Below are positions 24,348 to 36,522 of a DNA stretch of 64,000 nt, piece by piece; position 1 is the first letter of the stretch; the number at the start of each line of letters is the position of its first letter. Position numbers and translations under genes: made by a program. This DNA comes from Felis catus. Its lineage: Eukaryota. Under the pieces are notes generated by a model. It had not been told where the DNA came from, ran no database searches, and was given only the letters and a program-made list of their open reading frames with translations. The stretch lies in contig NC_058369.1 of NCBI RefSeq assembly GCF_018350175.1, positions 22,818,001-22,882,000 on the forward strand. The letters are read 5' to 3'.

Positions 24348-25758
24348 GTCTGTCTGTCTATCTGTCTATCTATCTATTTATATTTGTATTGTATTTTTTT
24401 AAATTTACATCCAAATTAGTTAGCATATAGTGCAACAGCAATCTCAGGAGTAGATTCCTTAGTGCCCCTTACCCATTTAGCCCAGTCCCCCTCCCACACA
24501 CCCTCCAGTAACCCTCTGTTTGTTCTCCATATTTATGAGTCTCTTCTGTTTTGTCCCTTCCCTGTTTTTATATTATTTTTGTTTCCCTTCCCTGTTCTGT
24601 CTCTTAAAATCCTCATATGAGTGAAATCATGTGATAATTGTCTTTCTCCGACTGACAAATTTCACTTAGCATAATACCCTCTAGTTCCATCCACGTAATT
24701 GAAACTGGCAAGATTTCATTCTTTTTGATTGCAGAGTAATACTCCATTGTATATATATACCACATCTTCTTTATCCATTCATCCATTGATGGACATTTGG
24801 GCTCTTTCCATACTTTGGCTATTGTTGATAGTGCTGCTATAAACATGGGGGTGCATGTGTCCCTTCGAAACAGCACACCTGTATCCCTTGGATGAATACC
24901 TAGTAATGCAATTTCTGGGTATAGAGTAGTTCTGTTTTTAATTTTCTGAGGAACCTCCACACTGTTTTCCAGAGTGGCTGCACCAGTTTGCATTCCCACC
25001 AACAATGCAAAAGAGATCTTCTCTCTCCACATCCTTGCCAGCATCTGTTGTTGCCTGAGTTGTTAGTGTTAGCCATTCTGACAGGTGTGAGGTGGTATCT
25101 CATTGTGGTTTTGATTTGTATTTCCCTGATGAGTGATATGGAGCATTTTTTCATGTGTCGGTTGGCCATCTGGATGTCTTCTTTGGAGAAGTGTCTATTC
25201 ATGTCTTTTGCCCATTTCTTCACTGGATTATTTGTTTTTTGGGTGTTGAGTTTGACAAGTTGTTTATAGATTTTGGAGACTAACCCTTTATCTGATATGT
25301 TGTTTGCAAATATCTTCTCCCATTCTGTCGGTTGCCTTTTAGTTTTGCTGATTGTTTCCTTCGCTGTGCAGAAGCTTTTATTTTGATGAGGTCCTAGTAG
25401 TTCATTTTTGCTTTTGTTTCCCTTGCCTCTGGAGATGTGTTGAGTAAGAAGTTGCTGTGGCCAGGATCAAAGAGGTTTTTGCCTGCTTTCTCCTCGAGGA
25501 TTTTGATGGCTTTCTGTCTTACATTTAGGTCTTTCAACCATTTTGAGTTTATTTTTGTGTATGGTGTAAGAAAGTGGTCCAGGTTCATTTTTCTTCATGT
25601 TGCTGTCCAGTTTTCCCAGCACCACTTGCTGAAGAGACTGTCTTTATTCCATTGCATATTCCTTCCTGCTTTGTCAAAGATTAGTTGGTCATACGTTTGT
25701 GGGTCCATTTCTGGGTTCTCTATTCTGATCCATTGATTTCAGTGTCTGTTTTTGTACC
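24348..25758 (-). mobile_element. 5'-truncated young carnivore/felid L1 (ORF2 C-terminus, 3' UTR and tail)
   Basis: Minus-strand ORFs give [57 protein letters not shown] (cysteine-rich motif) and TCTPMFIAALSTIAK. TSD aggattagtct at 24337-24347 and 25759-25769. Confidence 0.97.
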
Positions 25759-25909
25759 AGGATTAGTCTTTCTTATAGTGACATATTACTGAGAACTAAT
25801 CTTTGAGCTATTTCAAATGACACTTCTGATTATTCCAAGAAGGAGCGTTCTACTATTGGCCTTGGAGCCCTTGGTAATGGATTCAGGTCATTCAATAAGA
25901 CCTTTGGGA

Positions 25910-26400
25910 GAAGGTTCCAGAAACAAGCAGCTCACACTGAGTTTAACAATAGAAAATGCCTTTTAGTGGATTAGATAGAACAGAAAAATAAACTCAAAAT
26001 AGCATAGAAGTTTATGAATGAGACCATGAATACAGGGTCTCTGATGAGGTTATAAGAACACCTGAATCCTGTGTTCATGATTCAGCCCCATATTCCTGGG
26101 CTAGTCCATTCTCAGGCAGGCTGAGGTACCACAGCACTAGCTTTATTTTCCAGGCCCAAAGCTGAGTGGAAAAGAAGAATCTTCTTCCCTGGGAGTTCAA
26201 CCTAAGCATCTCAGAACTGAGGCTCATTACCTCTGATTGGCCTGATAAATTTAGCCTAAGTCACATGTCCAGCTCTAAGATGGCCACTGAGCACTGGTTG
26301 CTAAGGCCTGGGTCAGAAGCCTCTCTCCTGGAACAGGAGGAGCCATCTCCTCTAGACTCAGAGTCTAGACCATGTTCCATCCAGGGATTCAAACAATTGC
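25910..26400 (-). mobile_element. Old MLT1 (K/L-like) LTR relic
   Basis: ctctgattggcctg...ctaagtcacatgtcc motif. Confidence 0.5.
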
Positions 26401-27720
26401 CATCAGGACATGGACACATTTGAACAGTGCCATCAGGAACTTCTCTCAGTTTCTTTTCCCCGTGGGTTGTTTTCACTCTCAGATAAGTTATGTCCTCCCT
26501 AGGTCAAAAGGAGAGAAGAGGTCTGGTTCTATGAAAAAAAAACTGGAGGGTTGAAACAAGAGGTAAAATAGGGCTGCTGAAAGGCCCACACCTTGCAGAA
26601 AGTGCCAGTGAGCTAACAAGAGGGAAGATGAATGAGCAGACCTCATGTTCTTACCAGTGTGGCCTGTCTGCACCTCGTTGGTCACCACCGAACCGTGTGT
26701 CAAACCACCCCAGACTTCCAGGGTGTTTGCGAACCAGATGGATTCAGCTGTCTCTGTTGTCCAGAACTCAGGTCTTAGTGACAGGTGCTTCACTTCTGCA
26801 TTATTTCATAATTAGAGCATCTTAGTTTTCCAGCTGCAAGGTGAGCTATGTTCTTCTATTTGTCTGGGGGGGGGGTCATATGTCATCTCTGAAGAGATTT
26901 GTTCATCTTTAGGTATTTTGTGCCTCTTCATGTCTCAGTTTGACTGAGGATGAATTTAATAATGGAGCCATATGAGACTTTGTCTTATATATTTTAGAGT
27001 GGTCAGTATCACTCAATCAGCCTTTCAGTGAAAAACAAGAAAAAGCAAACTACTTTTAATGTGATAGTTGAACCGTAGTTTTGAATTCTTCAGTTATGCA
27101 TGCTACCTTGGAATAACATGGAACAGAGGAGTTGGATCCAAGAATCAGTACATGTTCTGTTATTAATCACACTCAGCTAATACTTGTTAGGGAGTGGATA
27201 GTACAAAACACAGGAGAGAGAGTGCTCTGGCTTCTGATATAAGCAGTATGAAGGAAAAGAATTGCTCTCATTGGCTACTATTGAAGAATTGGTTAAATAC
27301 AGGAGTTTGTCTCTACATGTAGCTGAATATATAGGGCAAGTGAACTTTATTCCACTCAATGAACATAGTATGTTCATGTTTTCAATGAAAAAGATTTGCT
27401 AATTTGGCATTTTAATTTTGTTTCAAGTTTGCTTTTCCGTATATCAAGGAAAGAAATAAACTCAGTGCCAATTTTATGTCACTCTGTATCTAAATAAATA
27501 TACATCCACAAGCTCTTGTACTATTTGTTTCCTTTTTGGGCATTCTATCTGTAAATGCAATAATTGTAACAACTAGTTGTTTATGGAAGAAACTGTTCTG
27601 AAGGTATTTACTTATGTAATTCTGGGGTTTTTTTTTCTTTGTAAGCTAAATCAATCTACAAATCAGGTTCACAGTTCACAGGTTTGCCATTGATTGGCTC
27701 TGGGGAGCTGAGTGAGTCTT

Positions 27721-29707
27721 TGTATTAGTTTCTTTGGGCTGTCATAACAAAGTACCACACACTGGCTTAATATAGCGGAGATTTATTATCTCATGATTCT
27801 GGAGGACAGAAGCCCATTCACAAGTACCTGTTGTTAGGACTTCAACATATCTTTTCAGAGGGCACAATTCAACCCGTAACAGTCTGCCCAAAATTCACAT
27901 CCTCCCTACATACAAAATATTTTCAACTCCATCCCAACATCCCCCAAATCTTAACCCATTCCAGCATTGACTGTAAATCAAAAATCTCCCCTAAACATAT
28001 AATGAATCCAAAAGGCCCCAACTCTCATCTTCTGAATCATCTAAACCAGGTATGGGTGAGACTCTAGATACAACTCATCCTGGAACGAAATTCCCTTTCC
28101 ATCTATGGACCTGTGGAACAAGGTATCTACCTCCAAAAATATAATGGTGGGACCAGCATGGGATAGATATCCCCATTCCAAATGGGAGAAATTGGAAGGA
28201 GTAAAGGAATCAGGAATCCTAAGCAAGTTTTTAACCCAGCAGGGCAAGTTTCATTAGGTTTGAAGCCCTGAGAATAATCTGTAGCTCCAGGCTTCACCCT
28301 GGGACCAGGTGGCAACCCCACTCTTTGAGTCCCACTTTCTTTGGCCTCTGAATCTGTGGCTCTTCCCTTTGAGTCACTCTTCCTTCCCTTTGTCTCATCT
28401 CTCGTCTCTTCCGATCCAGACTGACAGTATTTCTACTGATGTAACAGTCTTCCATGAATGTCAGGGGGGGTCCGTGACAGTAAACCAGAGGGCTCTGCAC
28501 AGATTCTCCCTGGATGATCCCATCTCTATTCCTTGCTCCTGTTGAGGTGGTTGATTGGATACATGACTCACACCCATAATCTCTGTAGCCAAAAGTTGGC
28601 TCACCCACACTCTTGGTATTCTTTCCAGAATTCGCATTCTCATTTTTTTGTTATTTGGATAGGTGAAAATTTTTCTGAATCACCAAGTGCTGGTTCTCTT
28701 TGGTTTCACAATTCCTTTCTCAATGTATCTCTTTCCTCTCAAATTTGACTCTAAGAAGCAAGGAGAAATCAGGCCACAACTTCCATGCTTTCCTTTGAAG
28801 TCTCTTCAGTGAAATATCCAAGTTCATCATTTACAAATTCTGCTGTCCAGTCCACAGAAGAACATAACTCAGCCAAGTTTTCTGCCACTTTCTAAACAAG
28901 GATCGCCTTTCCTCCACTGTCCATCACACGTTCGTAATTTCCTTTTAAGGCCTCACCAGAAGAACCTTACAACGTTCCTATTTCTAGCAACATTCTGTTC
29001 CTACTGGCATATTTATTGTCTAAGATGCAAGGAGCTTTCCTGTAGCTCTCTCTTCCTTCTGAGCCCTTCCCAGAATTGCTTGCGATGTCCTTACTTCTAC
29101 TGACGGTCTCCTCAAGGCAATCCGGGCTTTTTCTACCCTGCGCCTCAAAATCCTTCCAGCCTCAACCCATGACCCATTCCAAAACCGCTTCTACATTTTT
29201 AGGTGTTTGTCACAGCAACCTGCTATTTCCCGGTACCAGAACCAGTGTCCATGTCCAAGGGCTCTGCCATAACAAAGTACCGCACACAGGTAGCTTAAAA
29301 CATAGGAATTTATTATCTCATGGTTCTGGGGGCTACAGGTCTGAAATCAAGTTGTTGGCAGAGCTGACCTCCCTCTGAAGGCTCTAGGGAACGCTCCTTC
29401 CTTGCCCCTTCTAGCGTCTGGTGGTTCACTAGCAATCCTTGTCATGTTTTCGGTTTGCAGCTGTGGCATTCCCATCCCTGCCTCTGTCTTCACGTAGCCA
29501 TTTTCCCTCTGTGTGGGTCCACATCTCTGTGTCTCTTCTTACATGGACACAAGTCATATCGGATTTAGGGCCACCCTAATCCAGTATGATCTCATCATAA
29601 TTTACTACATCTGCAGAGATCCTCTTTCCAAATAAGGCCATCTTCACAGTTTCCTGGGGTTAGACCTTCAACATATCTTTTAGAGGAACATAATTCAACT
29701 CACAACG
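27721..29707 (-). mobile_element. MLT1C-like MaLR provirus: deleted 3' LTR (27721-27881), internal region (to ~29245) and full 5' LTR (~29246-29707)
   Basis: Both LTR copies share cataacaaagtacc..atttattatctcatg and cttcaacatatctttt.gag..ca.aattcaac. Between them is MLT-int sequence (cccccaaatcttaacccattccagcat; ttcccggtacca). Confidence 0.88.
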
Positions 29708-30369
29708 CTATCCTTCTGAGGGTTTTCACTTTCCACATTTACACAAACAGGACGTTTTCGGGTGCACGTGACAGAGCGCACCAATCAAACTGGCTTAGTC
29801 TGAAAGAGCCTGTTTGGCTCTCATAACTGCTATATTCACGGGTAGTTCAGATGTCATCAGGGCTTGGGCACTCTTTCTCTTTCTCCGTTCCCTGTTCCTC
29901 TGTGCTATCTTCATTCTCAGGTAATTCGTGCTGGGTTTTTCTCCTTTCTGCTTCTTTTTCAGAGAAAAGGCTGCTCTTATCACAGAATTTTCCACAAAAG
30001 TCCTAGGCCTTCCTGTCATTAGCTTCACTCTGCAAAGTGCCTGCCGTGCATGTTGGGGACATGCGCTTTGCTGCATCGTTTGTGCACTGGTTCTCTCCTG
30101 CATCCGGAGGTGTGGTCAGCCACATGGGCTGAGATCACAGAAATTAAGCTGCCATTACCAAAGGGAGAGGGAGAGCCCGCCAGGTAGGCCGGCACAGATG
30201 GATGACCATCTCAGTCAGTATGGGAAGGGGCTGAACCAACAGGTCTCTGAGGGCCCTTCAGCTCTCACCGCCCCCACTCCCCCCCCCTCCCACCGCCGAT
30301 TCTTGACCAGATCGTTATATATGGTAGCTTTAGTTTCTTTGCCAATAGAACACTACTGCATAAGGTGGG

Positions 30370-30845
30370 TTTTTTAAATTTAATTTTTTGGAGGGTCAGC
30401 TTTGATAAAGTATAATTTACATATAATAAAATCTACCAATTATAAGTGTTCAGTTTGGGGGCACCTGGGTGGCTCATTCGGTTGAGCGTCCAGCTCTTGA
30501 TTTCAGTTCAGGTCATGATCTCATGGTTCGTGAGTTCGAGCCCTGCATCAGGCTCTGTGCTGACAGTGCAGAGCCTGCTTGGGATTCTCTCTCTCCCCTC
30601 TCTGTCTGCCCCTCTCCTGCTCACGTTCTCCCTCTCTCTAAAAATAAATAAATAAACTTAAAAAAATTGTTTGATGAGTGTAGACAAATGCATTCAGTTG
30701 TGTAACCACCACTTATAGTAATTGTATTCACTGCATAAAATATTTCCTTTACCCCCAAAAGTTCTCCTGTACCCCTTGATAGTCTCCTTAACTCATCCTT
30801 CATCCCTGATAATTTATGATCTGCTTTCTAATATTACAGCTTTGC
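30370..30845 (-). mobile_element. Old L1 (L1MB/MC-like) 3' end, split by a SINE
   Basis: cagctttgataaagtataatttacatataataaaat...gacaaatgcattcagttgtgtaaccacca. Confidence 0.75.
30457..30666 (+). mobile_element. CAN-SINE (older subtype)
   Basis: ggggcacctgggtggctca head with the ctcttgatttcag variant and an A-rich tail. Confidence 0.95.
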
Positions 30846-30996
30846 ATAGTTACTTTTTTTTTTTTTTAAGATAGTCCACTGAAGTACTTGGTTTTTAACT
30901 TTTATGGCTAGAGTTAAAGCCCTGGTACAGTTTTACATGAATAGTAGCTTATTTATTAATGAGCTTGGAGAAATTAAAGAGAATCCATTCATCATT

Positions 30997-31078
30997 TGAG
31001 GATGAACCAGATGCCACTGATGATATTGAATAATTTTAACCTATGAAAAATGGCAGTTTTGTGGGGTTCAGTCTGATA
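30997..31078. mobile_element. MADE2 mariner MITE
   Basis: About 80 bp: aggatgaacca...ttttaacctatgaaaaatggcagttttg...ggttcagtct. Confidence 0.7.
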
Positions 31079-31253
31079 AGAGTAGGATAAAGAAGCCACT
31101 CAAACTACTTCTAATGGTTGCTGCATAGGGAATATGGTGTCAGCCATCTTTGTCCCTTGTCTTTGACTCATTTGATAAGTGTGGCTTTGTGCTTGGTGAT
31201 GGAATTTGGGTTGTCATCTAGGCTGGTGTAATATGATAAAGAATGTGTTATCA

Positions 31254-31474
31254 TTTTTTTTTTAATTTTTTTAATGTTTGTTTATTTTTGAGAGAGAGAG
31301 ACAGAGTGTGAGTGGGGGAGGGACAGAGAGAGAGAGGGAGACAGAATCCCAAGCAGGCTCCAGGCTCTGAGCTGTCAGCACAGAGCCTGATGTGGGGCTC
31401 AAACTCACAAACCGTGAGATCGTGACCTGAGCCGAAGTCAGACGCTTAACCGACTGAGCCACCCAGGCGCCCCC
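31254..31474 (-). mobile_element. CAN-SINE, full length
   Basis: Ends gagccacccaggcgccccc. TSD aagaatgtgttat at 31239-31251 and 31475-31487. Confidence 0.97.
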
Positions 31475-31514
31475 AAGAATGTGTTATGATTGTAAGAAGG
31501 GAGCTTTATTATTG

Positions 31515-32020
31515 AAAGTGATTTGCCTGCTGAGTGACCATTCTTCCTCTTTTAGTAATATCCCCTGATTTTCCTTGGGGATCCATCAGCCCACAGGGTT
31601 TATGCCTTGCCCCATGTCTGGCCAAAGAGTGATATTTTACTGGTCACAGTGATTGGTTCACAGATGAACACATGACCCTGCTAGAGCCAATCAGAACCCA
31701 ACACTAGGACTTTGTTGGAGCTACTGAGGAAGACATACTCTTTTCTACTACAAAGATTTCAGCCCAGGGCTATGAAAGCCATCCTGCCACTCTGTGGAGA
31801 AAGCCTGATTGAGAGCAAAACTTATATAGAAGAAAGTAGAGCTGAGAGTCAAAGAGTGAGACAGAATCTAGATGACATTATTTGAGGCTTTGTCATATCC
31901 AGCTGTGCCTTAGAGTCATATTCCCAGATATCTCAGTTACATAAGCCAGTGCTGTTCTTTGCTTATATCAGTTGGACTTGTATTTTTTTCTGTCACTTGC
32001 AACTGCAGAGTCCTGTCTGT
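31515..32020 (+). mobile_element. MLT1K/L-like LTR
   Basis: cacagtgattggttca...catgaccc...gccaatcaga, ending tctgtcacttgcaactgcagagtcctg. Confidence 0.75.
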
Positions 32021-32914
32021 TATAGCATGCCATCCCAAAGAGATAAGTGCATAATCCTGTCCCTGGAAATTATTTAAAATAAGTACTTAATGGACATCAA
32101 AACCAAAATCATTTTAAGAATGCATCCCTTTTAATACCAACAAAAAAAGGAAGTCTTCTATCTTGGTTGAACCTGACAACAAAGGGAAAATCTAACACTT
32201 TCTGTCCTTTTCTCTCTTTCTCTCTAAGATGAGACACAAACATTTTAGAGAGAAAAAAATATCATTTTGCTTCAATCTATAGTTTAAGCTATAATATGCT
32301 TTGGAGAAACATTGGAACATCAGTGGTAGAAGAAAAATATTTGGTAGTATGGATCATCACATCTCCTATTTTTCCAGGGCAAGATAGGATCAAGGAAGCA
32401 GTCTAAGAAAGCCCCCAGGGTTCCACTTGGGAGTGACTTAGGCTAATAAAAATTGTATTTTCCCTTTTCAGTTTCTTCCAGTGTTCTCTTCTCTTGATGA
32501 GCCTGGGTGTGTGGCATTGGTTCTCACCAGTGACCTGTCCCCACTTCCTAGTCCTAATTCTCAACCAGATTTGTGTCAGTCACCCAGCCTGGTTGAAAGA
32601 GGCTAGAAAAATCTACACTAGACTCTTCAGGCTATAGTTTTCCAGCAGAAACAATTTCTGGATCAATTAGTATCAACCGGATCCTGGTCTGAATTCTTGT
32701 TCTGCTCCGTATTAGGGCGGTTTCCTTGAAGATGGATAATTGCATCTCATTGAAAGTTGGTTTATTTAACTATAATAAATGAAAATAACAACAGCAACAA
32801 TTCTCCTTTAGGATCACTATGAGGATTAAATGATAGAAGGCACAAATAATGAACATTACAGCCAACATTTGAGTGTGTATTTTGTGCCAGCCCTGTGCTC
32901 AGAACTTCTACACT

Positions 32915-33410
32915 AGATTCTATTGGTTGCCCACCCAGCATCTTTACCCCTCTTTTCCATCCTACTAGAACCCTGATTTGGTTTAGGAATCTACTTCTCT
33001 GGAAATCCTGTATGTTTTTCCAGGGGTCTCTTCCCTTTGGGGAAAGCTTATCCTTCCTTTATTTCCTTTGCACATGATTGGTTTAGGTTTGGGCATGAGA
33101 CCAAACTCTGGACAATGAAACTTGAGGGGAAATCTGTTCGTGGCGCCTCTGGGAAAATGTTCCCTTGATCCTAACCTTCTGCTTCTGGACAGCATCGTTT
33201 CTGAATGCAAAGACCAAAGCAGCTATACCCATCTTCCACGCACAAGGAAACAAAATAATCACAGATTGGCAAAGGATAGAAGTGGAAAGAACTTGGGTGT
33301 TCCAAGTCATTGTCGACTGAACCAGCCATGCTCTGCCCTAACATGGGACTTCCTGTTATGTCCCATAATACAATTCTCCATTGTTTATGTCAGGTAGAAT
33401 CTAATTACTG
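32915..33410 (+). mobile_element. MLT1J-like LTR
   Basis: tgattggtttaggtttgggcatgagaccaaactctggacaatgaa. Confidence 0.7.
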
Positions 33411-33416
33411 ACGCAG

Positions 33417-33472
33417 ATTTATTTTATTTTATTTTATTTTATTTTATTTTATTTTATTTTATTTTATTTTAT
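33417..33472. repeat. (ATTTT)n pentanucleotide repeat, about 11 units
   Basis: Read directly. Confidence 0.95.
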
Positions 33473-33791
33473 CCTCAAATGGCTCTCTAAGGAACCTGGT
33501 TGGTTGTTCAGTGCACAGTTACTCTTCCAGGATGCTCTGCCATCCTCCAATCTGCTGAGTGCTAGGCTGTTTTCAGCCTGCTATTTGTTATTTGATTGCA
33601 CCCCTTCCTGTTGTTCATTTGCTTCTGACTTTTCACAAAAGAACTTGATGCCACACAACTCTGTGGATTTGTAGAAGGAAGAGATACTCTTTGCTCATGT
33701 TTTGGGAGGAAGACTGCTCAGTAATTGACCGTATAAAAGTGAGTATATTTCCTCTTGGAATCCCCTAGGACAGAGCTACGCACATAGTAGG

Positions 33792-34617
33792 TGTGTTGCT
33801 GTTTTATTGCTGCATAACAAGTTGCTGCAAATCTAGCTGCTCAAAAGAATACCGATTTAATTTTTTTCCCATGTTTATTTTTGAGAGACAGAGAGAGGCA
33901 GGGTGTGATCAGAGGAGAGGCAGAGAGAGAGGGAGACACAGGATCTGAAGCAGGCTCCAGGCTTTGAGCTGTCAGCACAGAGACCAATGCGGGGCTCGAA
34001 TCCACGAACCATGAGATCATGACTTGAGCATAAGTTGAATGCTTAACTGACTGAACCACCCAGGCGCCCCAAAATAATACCAATTTATTATCCCATAGTT
34101 CCTGTAGGTCACATATTTGGGTAGGCTTGCCTTGGTTTCTGGGTCTCACAGTTCTGAAATCAAGATGTTAGCTGGGCTGGGTTCTCATCTAGAGGCTCTG
34201 GAAAAAATCCACCATCCAGTTCACTCAAATTATTGGTAGAATTCAGTTCCATGTGGTTGTAAGACTATAGTCCCTACCCGCTAGCTGTTGGCTGGGGGCT
34301 GCTTTCAGCCCCTAGAAGCTGCCTTCTGGCCCTAACATGTGGCCCTTTCATCTTCAAAGCCATCAAGGGCAGGTTGAAACCTTCTTGTGCTTCAGATATG
34401 GCTGACTTGCCCTTTGGCCAACAGCAGGGGGAAAAAGAAAACTGTCTGCTTTTAAAGAGCTTATCTGACTGGATCAGCCCCAAATCTCCTATTTTTAGGT
34501 CAACTGACTTGAGACTTCAATTCCATCAGCAGAATAGCCCCAGATTAATGTTTAATTGAATAATTAGAGGGCAGGAATTTTGGATAGGGCCATCTTTAGA
34601 ACTCTGATTACCATAGC
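33792..34617 (-). mobile_element. MLT1D/E-like LTR interrupted by a SINE
   Basis: Starts ttattgctgcataacaa, resumes tttattatcccatagttcc at 34083, ends gggccatctttagaactctgattacca. Confidence 0.8.
33860..34070 (-). mobile_element. CAN-SINE nested in an MLT1 LTR
   Basis: Ends ccacccaggcgcccc. Imperfect TSD aaaagaataccgattta / aaaataataccaattta. Confidence 0.95.
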
Positions 34618-35437
34618 AGTGTCATGTAAAATTATTATTATTATTATCATTATTGTCATCATTTTGGTATTGAATTAAGTAGAGAACAGACAGAAATTTT
34701 AAGTAAAGTATCAAATTAATTGAGTTTTACCTCTGCTAATTTCAGGACTCCTTTAATAATGATATTAGTGTTACTCTGGTTATATTGCCCATTGTTGTAA
34801 CCAAGAAAACCACAACCTAACAGAAAAAAAACCCAAACAAACCAGTAATTATGCTGATGTTGTTGCCTTTTTTATTTTTGGAAGGAAGAGAATTGCTGAT
34901 CTGGGCCAACATTTTCCCCTCAATGGCTGGCACCGCTTAGTAACATTACAAGTGTTATTCATATATAGTGTTTATTTATTTTGGGGTCTTGGGAAAAAAC
35001 AAAAGTTACTTATTTTTTTTTAAATAAAAATGGATTTAAACATGTGGAAAAGTTTAAAAGAAGAAGGTTAGTACAATCAATATAAAATAGTTGTAAAAAG
35101 GGACCCACTTCATTATAATGTTGTGATTTCTGAGCCGTGTTGAGTTTCGATAGTTGCTCAACGCTATAATTATGAGTAGAGCTAGGAAAGTGGGTGCCCT
35201 TCAAAAGTTTGGGACAGTTGGTTGGGATTTTGCAGACAATCCAGTGTCGAAAGGTTTGCTTCATCATTTTGTGGTGTTATCTTTGGGTTGAGAAACAAGG
35301 ATCATATAAAAAGAAAAGTTCAGAGATTCCTGGTGGATTTTGCCACACTGTGGCTTATAGCCTATTTGCTAGAAACCCCATAAAGTCCTCCATACTAAAA
35401 ATCAACTTTAATTAACTTTTTAAAAGAAAAACAGCTA

Positions 35438-35591
<154 letters not shown>

Positions 35592-35904
35592 GTTGTCTTC
35601 AAGTGAGCAGTCGGGGCAGCATTTTCCTCCCCATACAAATAAACAACAATAGGAGTCCTCGCTGACAAAAGGTTATAGACCACTGCCTCAGTTGATCTGT
35701 CTCCAGGAAAATAAGTTCAAAGCAAAGCACCAAATGGCATCTGAATGGGGGTGTAACTCTGTGGGCTGCCCTTGACAACCAATGTGGGCTCCCTTCTGTG
35801 CTGTGAACTATAAACCTGGGAAGAGTCTTGGAAATACATCAGTGCTGCCTGAACCCACTTGGGATCGTGGAAAAGGAGGAGGAGGTGATGGAGAGAGAAG
35901 CTCA

Positions 35905-36522
35905 GTGGTTGAGGAGTAATTGTTATGGAATTAGCCAGACTGGGCTTCAAGTCTTAGCTTGAAGGAGAGTTGGGCAAGTTGTAAGATTCTGGGCAAGTTG
36001 CCTAATTTTTCAAACTCTAGGGTCCTCATTTGTGAAATAGAGATTAATAATAATGTAATACCTGATATGGACTGAATATTTGTGTCCTTCCTTTCAAATC
36101 CATATTTTGAAATCCTAACCCCAATGTGATCGTGTTTGGAGGTGAGGCCTTTGGGAGGTGATCAGGTCATGAGGGGGAAGGCTTATGACTGTGATTAGTT
36201 CCCTTATAAAAGAGACCCTAGAGAGCTCCCTCAACTCTTCTGCCATATGAGGTTACAGCAGAAAGAGGTTTAGTCACATAGGAAGCAGGTTCTCACCAGA
36301 CACTGAATATGCTGGCACCTTGACCTTGGAATTCTGTCTCTAGAACTGTAAGAAATAAATTTCTATTGTTCATAAGCCTTCTAGTCTCGTAAAAGATACT
36401 TTGCTATAGCAGTCCAAATGAACTAAGGCAATACCTCTTATTTTTGGGTGATTATTACAAGCGATGCATAAAAGCATTTAGCAGGGGACCTGGCATGCAA
36501 TACTTAGCAAATGTTGGCTGTA
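35905..36522 (+). mobile_element. MIR, split by an MLT1A insertion
   Basis: Core tgggcaagttgcctaa...cctcatttgtgaaatagagattaataata, resuming aaagcatttagcag..cctggca. Confidence 0.8.
36063..36430 (+). mobile_element. MLT1A/MLT1A0 solo LTR
   Basis: TG...CA termini (tgatatggactgaat...gaactaaggca), aataaa signal, perfect 5-bp TSD atacc at 36058-36062 and 36431-36435. Confidence 0.92.

Noticed and set aside
24613..25588. L1 ORF2 peptides as a functional gene
   Set aside because: 5'-truncated and frameshifted, with no endonuclease or reverse transcriptase core.
26834..26840. 7-nt microexon ccag|CTGCAAG|gtgagc
   Set aside because: The donor is good, but the pyrimidine tract is only about 6 nt and a competing AG lies just upstream.
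27716..29712. TSD for the MLT1C provirus
   Set aside because: The flanks gtctt and ctatc do not match, so no TSD is claimed.
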